Below, piece by piece: positions 1 to 8,374 of a stretch of DNA of 64,000 bases. Location: assembly GCA_012799695.1 (NCBI GenBank), contig JAAZKT010000001.1, positions 17,658 to 81,657 of the forward strand, in the 5' to 3' direction. The position numbers and the translations under genes are program-made. The notes under the pieces are model-generated. The model saw only the letters and a list, made by a program, of their open reading frames with translations. It had not been told where the DNA came from and did not search any database. How positions within the stretch are numbered: the first letter of the stretch is position 1; each line of letters opens with the position of its first letter. This stretch comes from Clostridiaceae bacterium (lineage in GTDB: Bacteria; Bacillota; Clostridia; Saccharofermentanales; DTU023).

Positions 1-313
1 CCCCTTGCCCTATCACCATGGGAAGCCCAAGGGCCAGCACATTCCAGATCAGCTGATAAAGGAACAGCTTCAGACCATCCCGGACAAGCTGACTGGTTGT
101 GCGACGGGAATAGGTGCTGCCCAACCCTAACACAAACAGAAAAATGGCCGATCCCGTCATAGTCGCAAGGATGTATGTCGTTTTGTATGCAGGCACCAAC
201 GTGCCTTCCATCATCTGGAAGGAATGTATCAGAAGGATCATCGGGGTGAACAAACCCTTCAAATAATCAAATTCAATCTGTCTTCCGGTATTGATTTCTT
301 TCTCGGAAAACAT
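1..313 (-). CDS. Integral membrane protein, acyltransferase-3/DUF1624-like N-terminus (partial; 3' end lies beyond the left edge)
   Basis: Not in the ORF track because no stop lies in the window. The reverse-strand ATG at 313-311 follows an in-frame TAG and sits 8 nt downstream of GGAGGAG, and the frame stays open to base 1. The translation MFSEKEINTGRQIEFDYLKGLFTPMILLIHSFQMMEGTLVPAYKTTYILATMTGSAIFLFVLGLG... is hydrophobic and resembles the usual start of acyltransferase_3-type proteins. Confidence 0.55.
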   Translation of the reverse strand, partial: MFSEKEINTGRQIEFDYLKGLFTPMILLIHSFQMMEGTLVPAYKTTYILATMTGSAIFLFVLGLGSTYSRRTTSQLVRDGLKLFLYQLIWNVLALGLPMVIGQG

Positions 314-334
314 CTAGACATCTCCTCCTTGACT

Positions 335-958
335 TCATTTCTGCAGCAATTCGTTTCTTGAAAGCAGAATAGGCATCGTTGGTCTGCCGGGATGCTCTGC
401 GGCTGTGCAAATGATGTGATGATCCAGTGCAAGCCAGTGCAAATACCAGCTCTGACCACCCACGATATTGGGAATACCGGCATCCGGACAAATCTCAAAA
501 CTCTCCGGCGGCAGATGAAATCCTAATCCCAATGCCTTCATAATGGATTCCTTGCCCGTCCACAGGCGGAAAAAGTCTTCGTCCGTTGCTTGACACCTGA
601 GCCAGTTCTGCTCCACGGCGGTAAAGACTTTCTTTGCCACGTTTTGTGAATACGGGGTAATAAACTCAACATCCACACCCACCGGCCGTTCATCTGCAAG
701 CAGCACAACCTTGTGACCGGAATGGGAAAGGTTAAAACAGGGACCATTCGGCAGAATCGGTTTGCCAAATTGGGATACGGTCATGCAGGAAGCACTATCC
801 TCTCCAAAGACACTGCGTAACATAAGTCCGGCAGTCAGACAACGCGCCTGATCCTCCGGTCGATGATACCGATAGACACGATTTCTGCGGCCTTCATCCA
901 ATAATTCAATTCCGGGAAGATCAAACAGACCTCTTATGTCGCTTATATAAAGTTTCAT
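335..958 (-). CDS. 4'-phosphopantetheinyl transferase, Sfp type
   Basis: From ORF 335..1063, with the start trimmed to MKLYISD (ATG at 958). Sfp-type motifs are present: FNLSHSG, VGVDVE and WTGKESIMKALG. Confidence 0.8.
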   Translation of the reverse strand: MKLYISDIRGLFDLPGIELLDEGRRNRVYRYHRPEDQARCLTAGLMLRSVFGEDSASCMTVSQFGKPILPNGPCFNLSHSGHKVVLLADERPVGVDVEFITPYSQNVAKKVFTAVEQNWLRCQATDEDFFRLWTGKESIMKALGLGFHLPPESFEICPDAGIPNIVGGQSWYLHWLALDHHIICTAAEHPGRPTMPILLSRNELLQK

Positions 959-1104
959 GCACATATTCCCCAGAACACTTCCTGCCTTCTTCGTTACGAT
1001 AGGCGATGCATCCATGCTTTCTCGGATCTCAAATTCCTTTCGGTTTAAGAACGGAGGGAACACGGAAGGCAGCGCGGAATAAAGAACGGAATATTATCTT
1101 TTAT

Positions 1105-1422
1105 TTATTTGACCGGTTCAGCCAATGGCAGAATATGAATCTTTTTGTCAAGATTGGTCAGCTTAAAGACTTCCATCACGTCGTCACCCACATTGATAAC
1201 AGAAAATTCAGCATCCATGGCCTTGGCTTTCTTGTAGGCTGCTACAACCTGCCGAATTCCGGACGAGGAAATGTACTCCAACTCTTTGAAATCCAGCACG
1301 ATCGATTCCGCCTTAACGATCTTCTCAATTTCCGCTCCCAGGGCGGGCGCCGCCTCGGTATTCAGCCAACCTGACGTGCGGATGGTGAAGTGAAGATCAT
1401 TTTTTTCTACGGTAATGGTCAT
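1105..1422 (-). CDS. STAS-domain anti-sigma-factor antagonist (SpoIIAA/RsbV-like)
   Basis: A 105-aa protein with the STAS pattern LDFKELEYISSSGIRQVV, including the conserved phosphorylatable Ser region. Its ATG overlaps the stop of the upstream phosphatase gene (1419-1422). Confidence 0.8.
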   Translation of the reverse strand: MTITVEKNDLHFTIRTSGWLNTEAAPALGAEIEKIVKAESIVLDFKELEYISSSGIRQVVAAYKKAKAMDAEFSVINVGDDVMEVFKLTNLDKKIHILPLAEPVK

Positions 1423-3455
1423 GTGCGCACCTCCTTACCATGTTTAATGATGAGCAAAACATTGTTTCCCTCTATGTTCACGTATCGGTAGCAGTCCGCG
1501 AATGATTGGGCAATCAGCATCCCCAGACCGCCGATTTGATGGTCGGGATCGTAATCCTCCGCCTTGATCACTTCTGCTGTCGGATCAAAAGGCTTCCCGC
1601 TGTCTGTGAACTGAATGGCGACGGTACCGTCCTCCCAGCTCTGCTTGTGGCAGATAACGATCCCTCCGGGCGCGTCGTAGGCATAGAAGCAGATATTGAC
1701 AAAACACTCTTCGGCGATCAGGCACACGCGTTTTTGTATCTCCTCAGGAATCCGTTCATCTGTGAGGATCCAGTCGCGGATCCTGCTAAATGCCGGGACC
1801 TCAGCAGGTAGCGCAAGTTTTTCCGAACGAGAAGTAAAGGAAAGCATGGTGATGTCATCACTCTGTTCACTACCCACCGTAAAACGATCTAATTCGTTTT
1901 TGACCTGTGCTACCGCATTTGCTCCATCCGTCTCCGAAAGGATTTTTTCGAGCCGCTCCGTCCCGAAGAACTCCGCACTCCTGTCAACGGCTTCATTGAC
2001 GCCGTCTGTATAGAGAAAAACCGTACTGCCTAGCGGCAAGACTTCCTCTGCGGTTTGATATGTCTCGTCCGCAAAAATCCCCAGCGGCACGCCGCTTGAA
2101 ACGGCAAGAAGTTTCCGCTTTCCGTCATGAAGGAGGTAAGGAGGACTGTGTCCCGCGTTGGCATAGCAAATCACTCCCGCCTTCGGATCGGCAAAAGCGA
2201 TGAAAGTCGTGACAAACATCATGTTCGGATTAGAATGTTCCAGCTCGCGATTCACGGCTTCCAGCACCTCGCCCGGCGTCATGCCCTGTTTGACAAAGCC
2301 CCGGATCAGGCTGATAACGCTCGCCATGAAAATAGCGCCGCTGATGCCCTTCCCCGATACATCCGCAACAACGAGCACCATATGGCCGCGGTCTTCAAAA
2401 TAATCATAAAAATCGCCGCCCACATTCCTTGCGGGAACCATGAGGGCGTTGATTTCCGAGAAGGTATCCGTATAGTACTGCTCCGGCAGAAATCCTCGCT
2501 GAATTTCGGAGGCGACGCTGAACTCGTACTCCTGTCGGTTCTGCAGTTCCGTATATGCCTTGATGCGGTCGATATAGTCACGCGTATTTGCCGCCATGTG
2601 ATTGAAAGAAGTTCCAATATGGCTGAATTCATTGTCGCCTCGGATCATAATCGGTTGTGTATCGTAATGATCATTCTCGCCGAATGCTTTCATGGCACCG
2701 CTGATTGTCTCCGCCGGCTTGATGACCTTCCTTTTCAGAACACGGTACAAAACAAAAGCGGACAGTATCACGGAGGCAAGAGAGAAAAAGAGCCTCCAGA
2801 GAATTACTCTTTGAAAGCGAGCGGTAAGATCGGCGGCATTGATATCCGCTCCGATGACCGCTGTCACTGATCCGTCCGGACCCTGTAGCGGAACATAGAC
2901 CGAAAACACATGCCCGTATTGATTGTCTGTTTCGCAAGTAACCTCCGGCGCCGATGCAACCAAACCCGGCGGTGGCGCATATGCCGAAAACACATGTCCG
3001 TATTGATTGTCTGTTTCGCCGGAGGTCAGCGAACTTTTCCCTCGGATGACAGAGGCGAGTTCCTCGGAAATTTCCCGATATCTGACAGTTCCGGGCGGAA
3101 GGCTCTCTGCAAGCTCGCGTGTGTCTTCATTACCCTCGACACATACATACGTAATCTGTCCGGAATTAACGTCCGGAATCACAATGTACAGATATTCCAG
3201 CTGAAAGTTCTCGATCATGTTCTGAAACGTAGCCGACACCTCTGCTCCGACGGCTTCGTCGGATATCATCGTTTCGGGAAATACGCCTGAATAAACGTGT
3301 GAAATCACCTGCGCAGCATTGCTTGCCTTGGAAATCATCGTTTCCCGCACGAAGATTTCGGCTTCATACACACTCATTACCGCCGTGATTCCGATCGTCA
3401 ACAGGCTGACAACAAGAATCAGAATAAGTATTGATTTGGCAATAGAGTGTTTCAT
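1419..3455 (-). CDS. Membrane sensor: Cache-like/HAMP domain - PP2C (SpoIIE-type) phosphatase - GHKL (RsbW-like) kinase fusion
   Basis: From ORF 1419..3554, with the start trimmed to MKHSIAKSILILILVV (ATG 3455, GGAGG upstream). It has an N-terminal TM segment, a periplasmic-type sensor region and a second TM followed by HAMP. PP2C motifs are GGDFYDYF, VADVSGKG and DGVNEA. The C-terminal HATPase_c_2-like part reads FTDSGKPFDP...GGLGMLIAQS. Confidence 0.8.
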   Translation of the reverse strand: MKHSIAKSILILILVVSLLTIGITAVMSVYEAEIFVRETMISKASNAAQVISHVYSGVFPETMISDEAVGAEVSATFQNMIENFQLEYLYIVIPDVNSGQITYVCVEGNEDTRELAESLPPGTVRYREISEELASVIRGKSSLTSGETDNQYGHVFSAYAPPPGLVASAPEVTCETDNQYGHVFSVYVPLQGPDGSVTAVIGADINAADLTARFQRVILWRLFFSLASVILSAFVLYRVLKRKVIKPAETISGAMKAFGENDHYDTQPIMIRGDNEFSHIGTSFNHMAANTRDYIDRIKAYTELQNRQEYEFSVASEIQRGFLPEQYYTDTFSEINALMVPARNVGGDFYDYFEDRGHMVLVVADVSGKGISGAIFMASVISLIRGFVKQGMTPGEVLEAVNRELEHSNPNMMFVTTFIAFADPKAGVICYANAGHSPPYLLHDGKRKLLAVSSGVPLGIFADETYQTAEEVLPLGSTVFLYTDGVNEAVDRSAEFFGTERLEKILSETDGANAVAQVKNELDRFTVGSEQSDDITMLSFTSRSEKLALPAEVPAFSRIRDWILTDERIPEEIQKRVCLIAEECFVNICFYAYDAPGGIVICHKQSWEDGTVAIQFTDSGKPFDPTAEVIKAEDYDPDHQIGGLGMLIAQSFADCYRYVNIEGNNVLLIIKHGKEVRT
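2900..3019 (-). repeat. In-frame direct repeat (36 bp twice, period 84 bp) inside the sensor domain of the phosphatase gene
   Basis: CCGAAAACACATGCCCGTATTGATTGTCTGTTTCGC (2900..2935) recurs at 2984..3019 with one mismatch. The protein therefore shows ETDNQYGHVFS(A/V)Y twice, 28 residues apart. Confidence 0.9.
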
Positions 3456-3477
3456 GAAGCAGATCCCTCCGTTATCC

Positions 3478-4569
3478 TTACATTTTTGCACCACCGCCGG
3501 AATCTCGCAACATACGCTGCTCGGAAGGAAAAATACCGAACAGTTGTGGCACATAACGGACGGACACCTTGATAATCCATCCTGAAATAATCCTTGTTAA
3601 CACCAAACCGGCCAGAAATAAAACTCCCTGCGGGATTGGGAAAGGTAAAAGTCTCATCAGAGGTAAAATCACCTGTTGCAACAACGGCATGTGAATCACG
3701 AAGATTCCCATTGTCACACGGTTCAAACCGGTTTCTTCCTGTTCGTCGATCACCGATCCGTCCTTTTTCCAAGAGCGGCTGAGTAGTGCGGACAGGCACA
3801 GTACCATCAGACATCCCGACAGAGCGTTCAAAAAGAACCACAGCAGATTGCCGTAGTCTCCGCTTCGCATCAGGACCATCTCCAATTTTTCACCCCTGAA
3901 TACAGTTCCCGCTAAAAACCCTGCGGCAGACACCGCGAACATCCCGAGGACAATCAAGGGCTTTTTCGCGACTCTTTCAATCACATCCCGAATCGAGTAT
4001 CCGAGCAACATAAATCCGGTTGCTGCAAATGCGATGTCCAAACACCACGGATAGCCGAGACTTCCGACTTTCGGCAGCAATACCCCGATCGCCAGCGATA
4101 GTCCCCCGAAAATCAGCGCACCTGACCGTTTCCCGAAAGGCAGCTTCGGAATAAAGCTCAGAACCCCTTCGACCAAAACACGTGCCACAAATATACATGG
4201 CAGGAACCACAATATGGAAAGTGTCTGCGCCTTATCGAGTGCGTTCCATGATCCATAAAGCACCCAGATCAGGTGTCTGTATGAAAAGTTTGAGTAAATC
4301 AGTGCCCATAAAATGTACGGTATGACAAAGAATAGTGCCATCTGACGAGCGAAATTGAGCCATCCCGCTTTCCCCTCGCCCTTATGCTTTATCGGCGAAA
4401 TACCGCACAGTAAAAAGAACATCGGCATGTGAAAGGTGAAGAGCACTCTTCGAAAAAGTCCGGTCTCGGCAAATTGGCCCGTTACGGCCGCAAGTATGAT
4501 GACCAGTACCGTTATGGTATTAGCCATTTTGAGAAACGTGACAGCCCCTCTTTTCTTTTTTATCAACAT
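3478..4569 (-). CDS. Acyltransferase family 3 membrane protein
   Basis: A 363-aa polytopic protein of about 10 hydrophobic segments, with FTFHMPMFFLLCG near the N-terminus as is typical of acyltransferase_3. AGGGGGA lies 8 nt upstream of the ATG at 4569. Confidence 0.7.
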   Translation of the reverse strand: MLIKKKRGAVTFLKMANTITVLVIILAAVTGQFAETGLFRRVLFTFHMPMFFLLCGISPIKHKGEGKAGWLNFARQMALFFVIPYILWALIYSNFSYRHLIWVLYGSWNALDKAQTLSILWFLPCIFVARVLVEGVLSFIPKLPFGKRSGALIFGGLSLAIGVLLPKVGSLGYPWCLDIAFAATGFMLLGYSIRDVIERVAKKPLIVLGMFAVSAAGFLAGTVFRGEKLEMVLMRSGDYGNLLWFFLNALSGCLMVLCLSALLSRSWKKDGSVIDEQEETGLNRVTMGIFVIHMPLLQQVILPLMRLLPFPIPQGVLFLAGLVLTRIISGWIIKVSVRYVPQLFGIFPSEQRMLRDSGGGAKM

Positions 4570-4622
4570 TTTGGCATCCCCCTAAGGCGCAAATATATTG
4601 AAAGGTCCGTCTCCACGCTGTT

Positions 4623-4656
4623 GTTTTAGTTAAGGGGCTGGCCCCTTAACTAAAAC
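4623..4656 (-). terminator. 34-nt near-perfect palindrome (15-bp stem, 4-nt loop) between the sulfatase and acyltransferase genes
   Basis: GTTTTAGTTAAGGGGCTGGCCCCTTAACTAAAAC lies 21 nt downstream of the sulfatase stop. There is no separate U-tract, although the stem itself ends in AAAAC/GUUUU. Its function as a terminator is inferred. Confidence 0.4.
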
Positions 4657-4676
4657 ATGCGGTTTCCCTCTGCCTG

Positions 4677-6572
4677 CTACGGGAGCACAATACCGAAATC
4701 GCGGGTAAACGTGTCGGTATTGTTTAAGAACGTGATTAACTGCTCACGGTCGCCTTCAAGTTTTATCGCTTCGGTGACAGTTTTTGTGAAGATCATCTTT
4801 GCGAACTCGAGTTTCGATGCGCTTACGCTGATATCCGCAGCGGGCAATGCGTCCTTTGAGTCTGCCATGCGGTAATTGATGACCGAATGGCGGATGAAGA
4901 CGTGCGCCTGCTCGAGCGAATCTGTCAGATGCACATTGAACGTGAAATCGTCGTCTTGCGACTTGATGCCGTCGTATTTGACCGCCAGGAAGTCGAGGAT
5001 CAGGTCGAGCGTCATCGCGCTGATCAGATCAAGGGAGGTAAACTGGTAGGCGGTCTCTTTCTTCCCTCCACTGCGTAGCTCGGCCGCGCCTTTCATATAG
5101 GCATTGCGCCAGATAGCGGACTCCGCCTGGTAACCAAGCTGCTCCAGCGCGTCGGCCAGCAGCGCGCGAGCCGCCATATTCTCAGGGTCGGCAAACACCG
5201 CCCTGTTCAGAACCTCGGCAACCCAAGCGTATTCGCCGTTGTCGTAGTCCCTCTGCGCCAGGCGTAGAATCGCCTCCGCGCCTCCCATGTACTCGACGTA
5301 CTTCTTCGCGGCATCCTCCTGCATCAGAGGATTGAGGTTTGACGGGTTCGCATCATAGAAACCGAGATACTTTTGTGCGACGGCGCGTGCGTTGTGGCTG
5401 ACCGTGCCATAGTATCCGTGCGTGGTCCACTCTTTCTCAAGTGCGCTGGGCAGCACCACCATGCGTCCGACCTCATTGAGCGTATAGCCTTTGTTCAACA
5501 GATTGATCGTACGGTCGTGGATGAATTTATAGATGTCGCGGTGGTTTTCCAGGTATGAGATGCAGATTTCGTTGCCATAGCGCGGCCAGTTGTGGGAGGA
5601 ACAGACGTATTCCATGTCCGGCCACAGCATAATTGTCTCGTCGATGTACTTCGCCCAGGCAAGCGCGTCGCGAATCTCGGCGCCTCTTAAGGTGTAAACG
5701 TTGTGCAGCGTACCGTTCACGTTCTCCGCGCCGAAGAGCGTCTTATACTTAGGAATATAGGTATTCATCTCAACGGGTGCCTCAGTACCCGGCGTCAGCT
5801 GGAACTGGATCTCAAGCCCGTCGACCACGACCGACTGGTTGAATTTGATCACGTCACTTGGCGCGAGCAGTGTGGTGGTCATGCCGTAGATGCTCTTGCC
5901 CAGTCCCGCATCCAACGCGCCGTATATGCTCGGGCTGTCGCCTGAGAACTGATAAGTGGCGCGCCTTCCCATCGCGGCGCCCAGCAAGATGTTCTCGGAG
6001 GCGACCTTCTCCATGAATCCTTCGGGTGCGAAGATGCGCACTGAGCCGTCCGCGACTTGCTGTTCGGTCGCAAACATCTTGGCGCCTGCGTAGTGGTCGC
6101 CGTGGGTGTGCGAGTACGAGATCGCGTAGACGGGACGTACGCCCAGATTTTTTTCCACCAAGTCCTTCGCCGCTTTGGCGCACTCCATGCTGGTCGCGAC
6201 ATCCATCACAAACCAGCCATTGTCAGTCTCGACGAAGGTGATATTGGCGATCGAGTAGCCGCGAACCTGGTATACGCCTTCGGTGACTTTGTATAGGCCG
6301 TAGTTGAAGTTCAGCTTAGCCTCCTCCCACAGAGACGGGTTCACGCTACCCACGTTTTCATCGGTCTTAAGGAAGCCGTACAGCTCCTCAAGATCTTGAA
6401 GCACCACATTCGGATCTTTTAGCGAGCGGATCTTGCCGTCGCCCTTGTCGATCAGGCCGTATGTCGCGAACTCCTGTTCGCGTGCCAGACCGGAAAAGTA
6501 GTTATCATCGCCAAAGTTCCCGTTATACTCGACCGTATGGCAGGTAGGCGGTTTGGGTTTAAGAATACTCAT
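4677..6572 (-). CDS. Alkyl/aryl-sulfatase, metallo-beta-lactamase fold with C-terminal SCP2-like domain (SdsA1/BDS1 family)
   Basis: A 631-aa protein with the MBL metal motif SYSHTHGDHYAG. Its length and C-terminal lipid-binding-type tail match type III alkylsulfatases. No signal peptide is seen. Confidence 0.8.
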   Translation of the reverse strand: MSILKPKPPTCHTVEYNGNFGDDNYFSGLAREQEFATYGLIDKGDGKIRSLKDPNVVLQDLEELYGFLKTDENVGSVNPSLWEEAKLNFNYGLYKVTEGVYQVRGYSIANITFVETDNGWFVMDVATSMECAKAAKDLVEKNLGVRPVYAISYSHTHGDHYAGAKMFATEQQVADGSVRIFAPEGFMEKVASENILLGAAMGRRATYQFSGDSPSIYGALDAGLGKSIYGMTTTLLAPSDVIKFNQSVVVDGLEIQFQLTPGTEAPVEMNTYIPKYKTLFGAENVNGTLHNVYTLRGAEIRDALAWAKYIDETIMLWPDMEYVCSSHNWPRYGNEICISYLENHRDIYKFIHDRTINLLNKGYTLNEVGRMVVLPSALEKEWTTHGYYGTVSHNARAVAQKYLGFYDANPSNLNPLMQEDAAKKYVEYMGGAEAILRLAQRDYDNGEYAWVAEVLNRAVFADPENMAARALLADALEQLGYQAESAIWRNAYMKGAAELRSGGKKETAYQFTSLDLISAMTLDLILDFLAVKYDGIKSQDDDFTFNVHLTDSLEQAHVFIRHSVINYRMADSKDALPAADISVSASKLEFAKMIFTKTVTEAIKLEGDREQLITFLNNTDTFTRDFGIVLP

Positions 6573-6956
6573 ATTAGTGTCCTTCTTTCTTCATTTACAT
6601 GAACAATATGTCATTGACCATATCCAACGAAAATATTTACATCGCGATTGACCGCTGTTTTCGTGTGCGTAACATATGGGCGTACATCGAAAGCGTATAG
6701 ATGTAACGATTCATTTACAGAATAAAGGTGGAATCAACTTATTAAAACACCCGTTTTTCGCTGAAAAAGGCTATGCTTTCGTTATTCCCCGCTATTTTAG
6801 GATAAAATATAAGAGAGGCAGAGGTGTTTTCTTGTTTGGTGTTTCCTGCGAGATTGAAATAACGATCTCTCCCGGATTATTTGTTACGCTTGATCCACCT
6901 TTGATTTGCATGAGTAACCGCTCAAATGGCTTATGTGAACTTAAAAGGAGAATTGT

Positions 6957-8027
6957 GTGGAAAATCAAGGTCAAATAAAAAGCGGAGAATTCTCACAAGG
7001 TGATGAATTCCCGCTTACATGGCGGCGCGGCGAAGGGCCGCGAGTCGTTATAGAATATCTGTTTCCTGATCTGCCTTGTGACAGTAGCGCAACTGACGAA
7101 ATGATTGCGGTGCTGCACGAAGAGGAAGAAAACGCTGTTGCGCGAATGGTGCACTTTTTTTTACAGGCGCGTTATGAGGAATCTTCTGCGGAAGCTGAAC
7201 GCTGTATGAGGAGTCGGCACCCCGAAATTCGTGATTTCGCGTTGCTGATTCACACCATTATTCACGTAGCGCTGCACAATGTCGAGGTTGCCCTGCATGA
7301 CCTTCAAATCCTACAGCAACAAATACAGCATTCGGCAAATAGGCGGGTCGCCGCACAAAATGATATTTACCGTTACGTTTTGCCTGTCTTTTTCCATTTG
7401 GGAGAGGATATTGTTCCGCTTCCGCAGGAAATTCTCCCCTATTGTTCCGAGGGAACTCGACTCTTTCTGCTGTATGCTCGATCTTACGCACTTTATCTTC
7501 AACAGGCATACGAGCACGCGCTAGGTGTTGCTGAAGCCGCGTTGATGATGGCAGATATGTGTCATCCGCTCATAAGCATCTATCTGAATTTGGCGGCTTC
7601 CATGGCGGCTATGAATCTATCCCGTTTTCAACTGGCCGACCGCTTCTTCCTTAACGCGTTGGAGTTAGCCATTCCGGAGGGTTACATACAGCCATTTATC
7701 GGCCACCATGGGCCGTTACAAGGCATGGTAGAAAAACATATTCGCGACCGTGAACCTAAACTGTACAAAATGATAGCCGAAAAAGTCGTACATTTCAGGA
7801 CCGGATGGACAGAGATTCATAATCCGCGATCATCTCACAAGGTTACCACCCTATTGACACCTTACGAATTCGCACTGGCGATGATGGCATCCAAAGGCAA
7901 GACCAATAAGGAAATCGCCGATTATTTGCATATTTCAATCAACACTGTAAAGTCCCATCTTTCAACGATCTATCGCATATTAGACGTTACAAAACGTACC
8001 GAACTGAAAGAACGTTTAAATTTATGA
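6957..8027 (+). CDS. LuxR-family transcriptional regulator (C-terminal HTH)
   Basis: GTG start with AAGGAG 8 nt upstream. The C-terminal LuxR/GerE HTH reads LTPYEFALAMMASKGKTNKEIADYLHISINTVKSHLSTIYRILDV. The gene is divergent from the sulfatase gene. Confidence 0.8.
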   Translation: MENQGQIKSGEFSQGDEFPLTWRRGEGPRVVIEYLFPDLPCDSSATDEMIAVLHEEEENAVARMVHFFLQARYEESSAEAERCMRSRHPEIRDFALLIHTIIHVALHNVEVALHDLQILQQQIQHSANRRVAAQNDIYRYVLPVFFHLGEDIVPLPQEILPYCSEGTRLFLLYARSYALYLQQAYEHALGVAEAALMMADMCHPLISIYLNLAASMAAMNLSRFQLADRFFLNALELAIPEGYIQPFIGHHGPLQGMVEKHIRDREPKLYKMIAEKVVHFRTGWTEIHNPRSSHKVTTLLTPYEFALAMMASKGKTNKEIADYLHISINTVKSHLSTIYRILDVTKRTELKERLNL

Positions 8028-8135
8028 AGGCCACGTGCTGATTGTGCACATTGAGTTGTTTGTTCAAAAAATCAAGCATTTTGTGATATGTGAGACAATA
8101 ACCGGATTTGCATTTCTTTCCAAAACATAAAAATA

Positions 8136-8178
8136 GTATAAATAATGCCATTCAGCTGTATAAATATTGGTATAAATA
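8136..8178 (+). repeat. Three direct copies of GTATAAATA just upstream of an orphan promoter
   Basis: Copies lie at 8136..8144, 8158..8166 and 8170..8178. Confidence 0.8.
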
Positions 8179-8193
8179 ATAAGAATTTATGGG

Positions 8194-8222
8194 TTGACAA
8201 GCATTTTTATGAATGGTATTAT
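8194..8222 (+). promoter_or_regulatory. Near-consensus sigma-70/sigA-type promoter with extended -10
   Basis: TTGACA (8194..8199), a 17-nt spacer and TATTAT (8217..8222), preceded by TGg (8214..8216). No plus-strand CDS follows. Confidence 0.5.
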
Positions 8223-8228
8223 TCGTGA

Positions 8229-8305
8229 GAAGTAACGAATAATAATACGTTTCTGCTTCTTGTATGGTAAACGACCGGACCCCCTCCCGGTCGTTTACCC
8301 TTTTT
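8229..8305 (+). ncRNA. Candidate small RNA (about 75 nt) defined by the orphan promoter and an intrinsic terminator
   Basis: The predicted transcript runs from about 8229 to the terminator at 8305. It contains an internal hairpin (GAGAAGTAACG...CGTTTCTGCTTCT) and no ORF longer than 6 codons. I recognise no known RNA family. Confidence 0.3.
8266..8305 (+). terminator. Rho-independent terminator
   Basis: GGTAAACGACCGG, an 8-nt loop and CCGGTCGTTTACC, followed by CTTTTT. This is a perfect 13-bp stem. Confidence 0.75.
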
Positions 8306-8374
8306 ATGGACACAAAAAATTGCATAGTAATGTATATTGCTTAATATTGCGTACGGGATCAAACTAATAAAAAA

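Noticed and set aside
259-498. Two minus-strand ORFs (79 and 72 aa) overlapping the end of the PPTase gene.
   Set aside because: They are out-of-frame overlaps of the PPTase gene. The real downstream gene is the third frame, starting at 313 with a good RBS.
2127-2870. A 247-aa plus-strand ORF and its smaller neighbours.
   Set aside because: They are antisense to the PP2C phosphatase domain and show no motifs.
6676-6978. A 100-aa plus-strand ORF in the sulfatase/LuxR intergenic region.
   Set aside because: It overlaps the LuxR RBS and start, has no RBS of its own and has an implausible composition. The region is better explained as a divergent promoter region.
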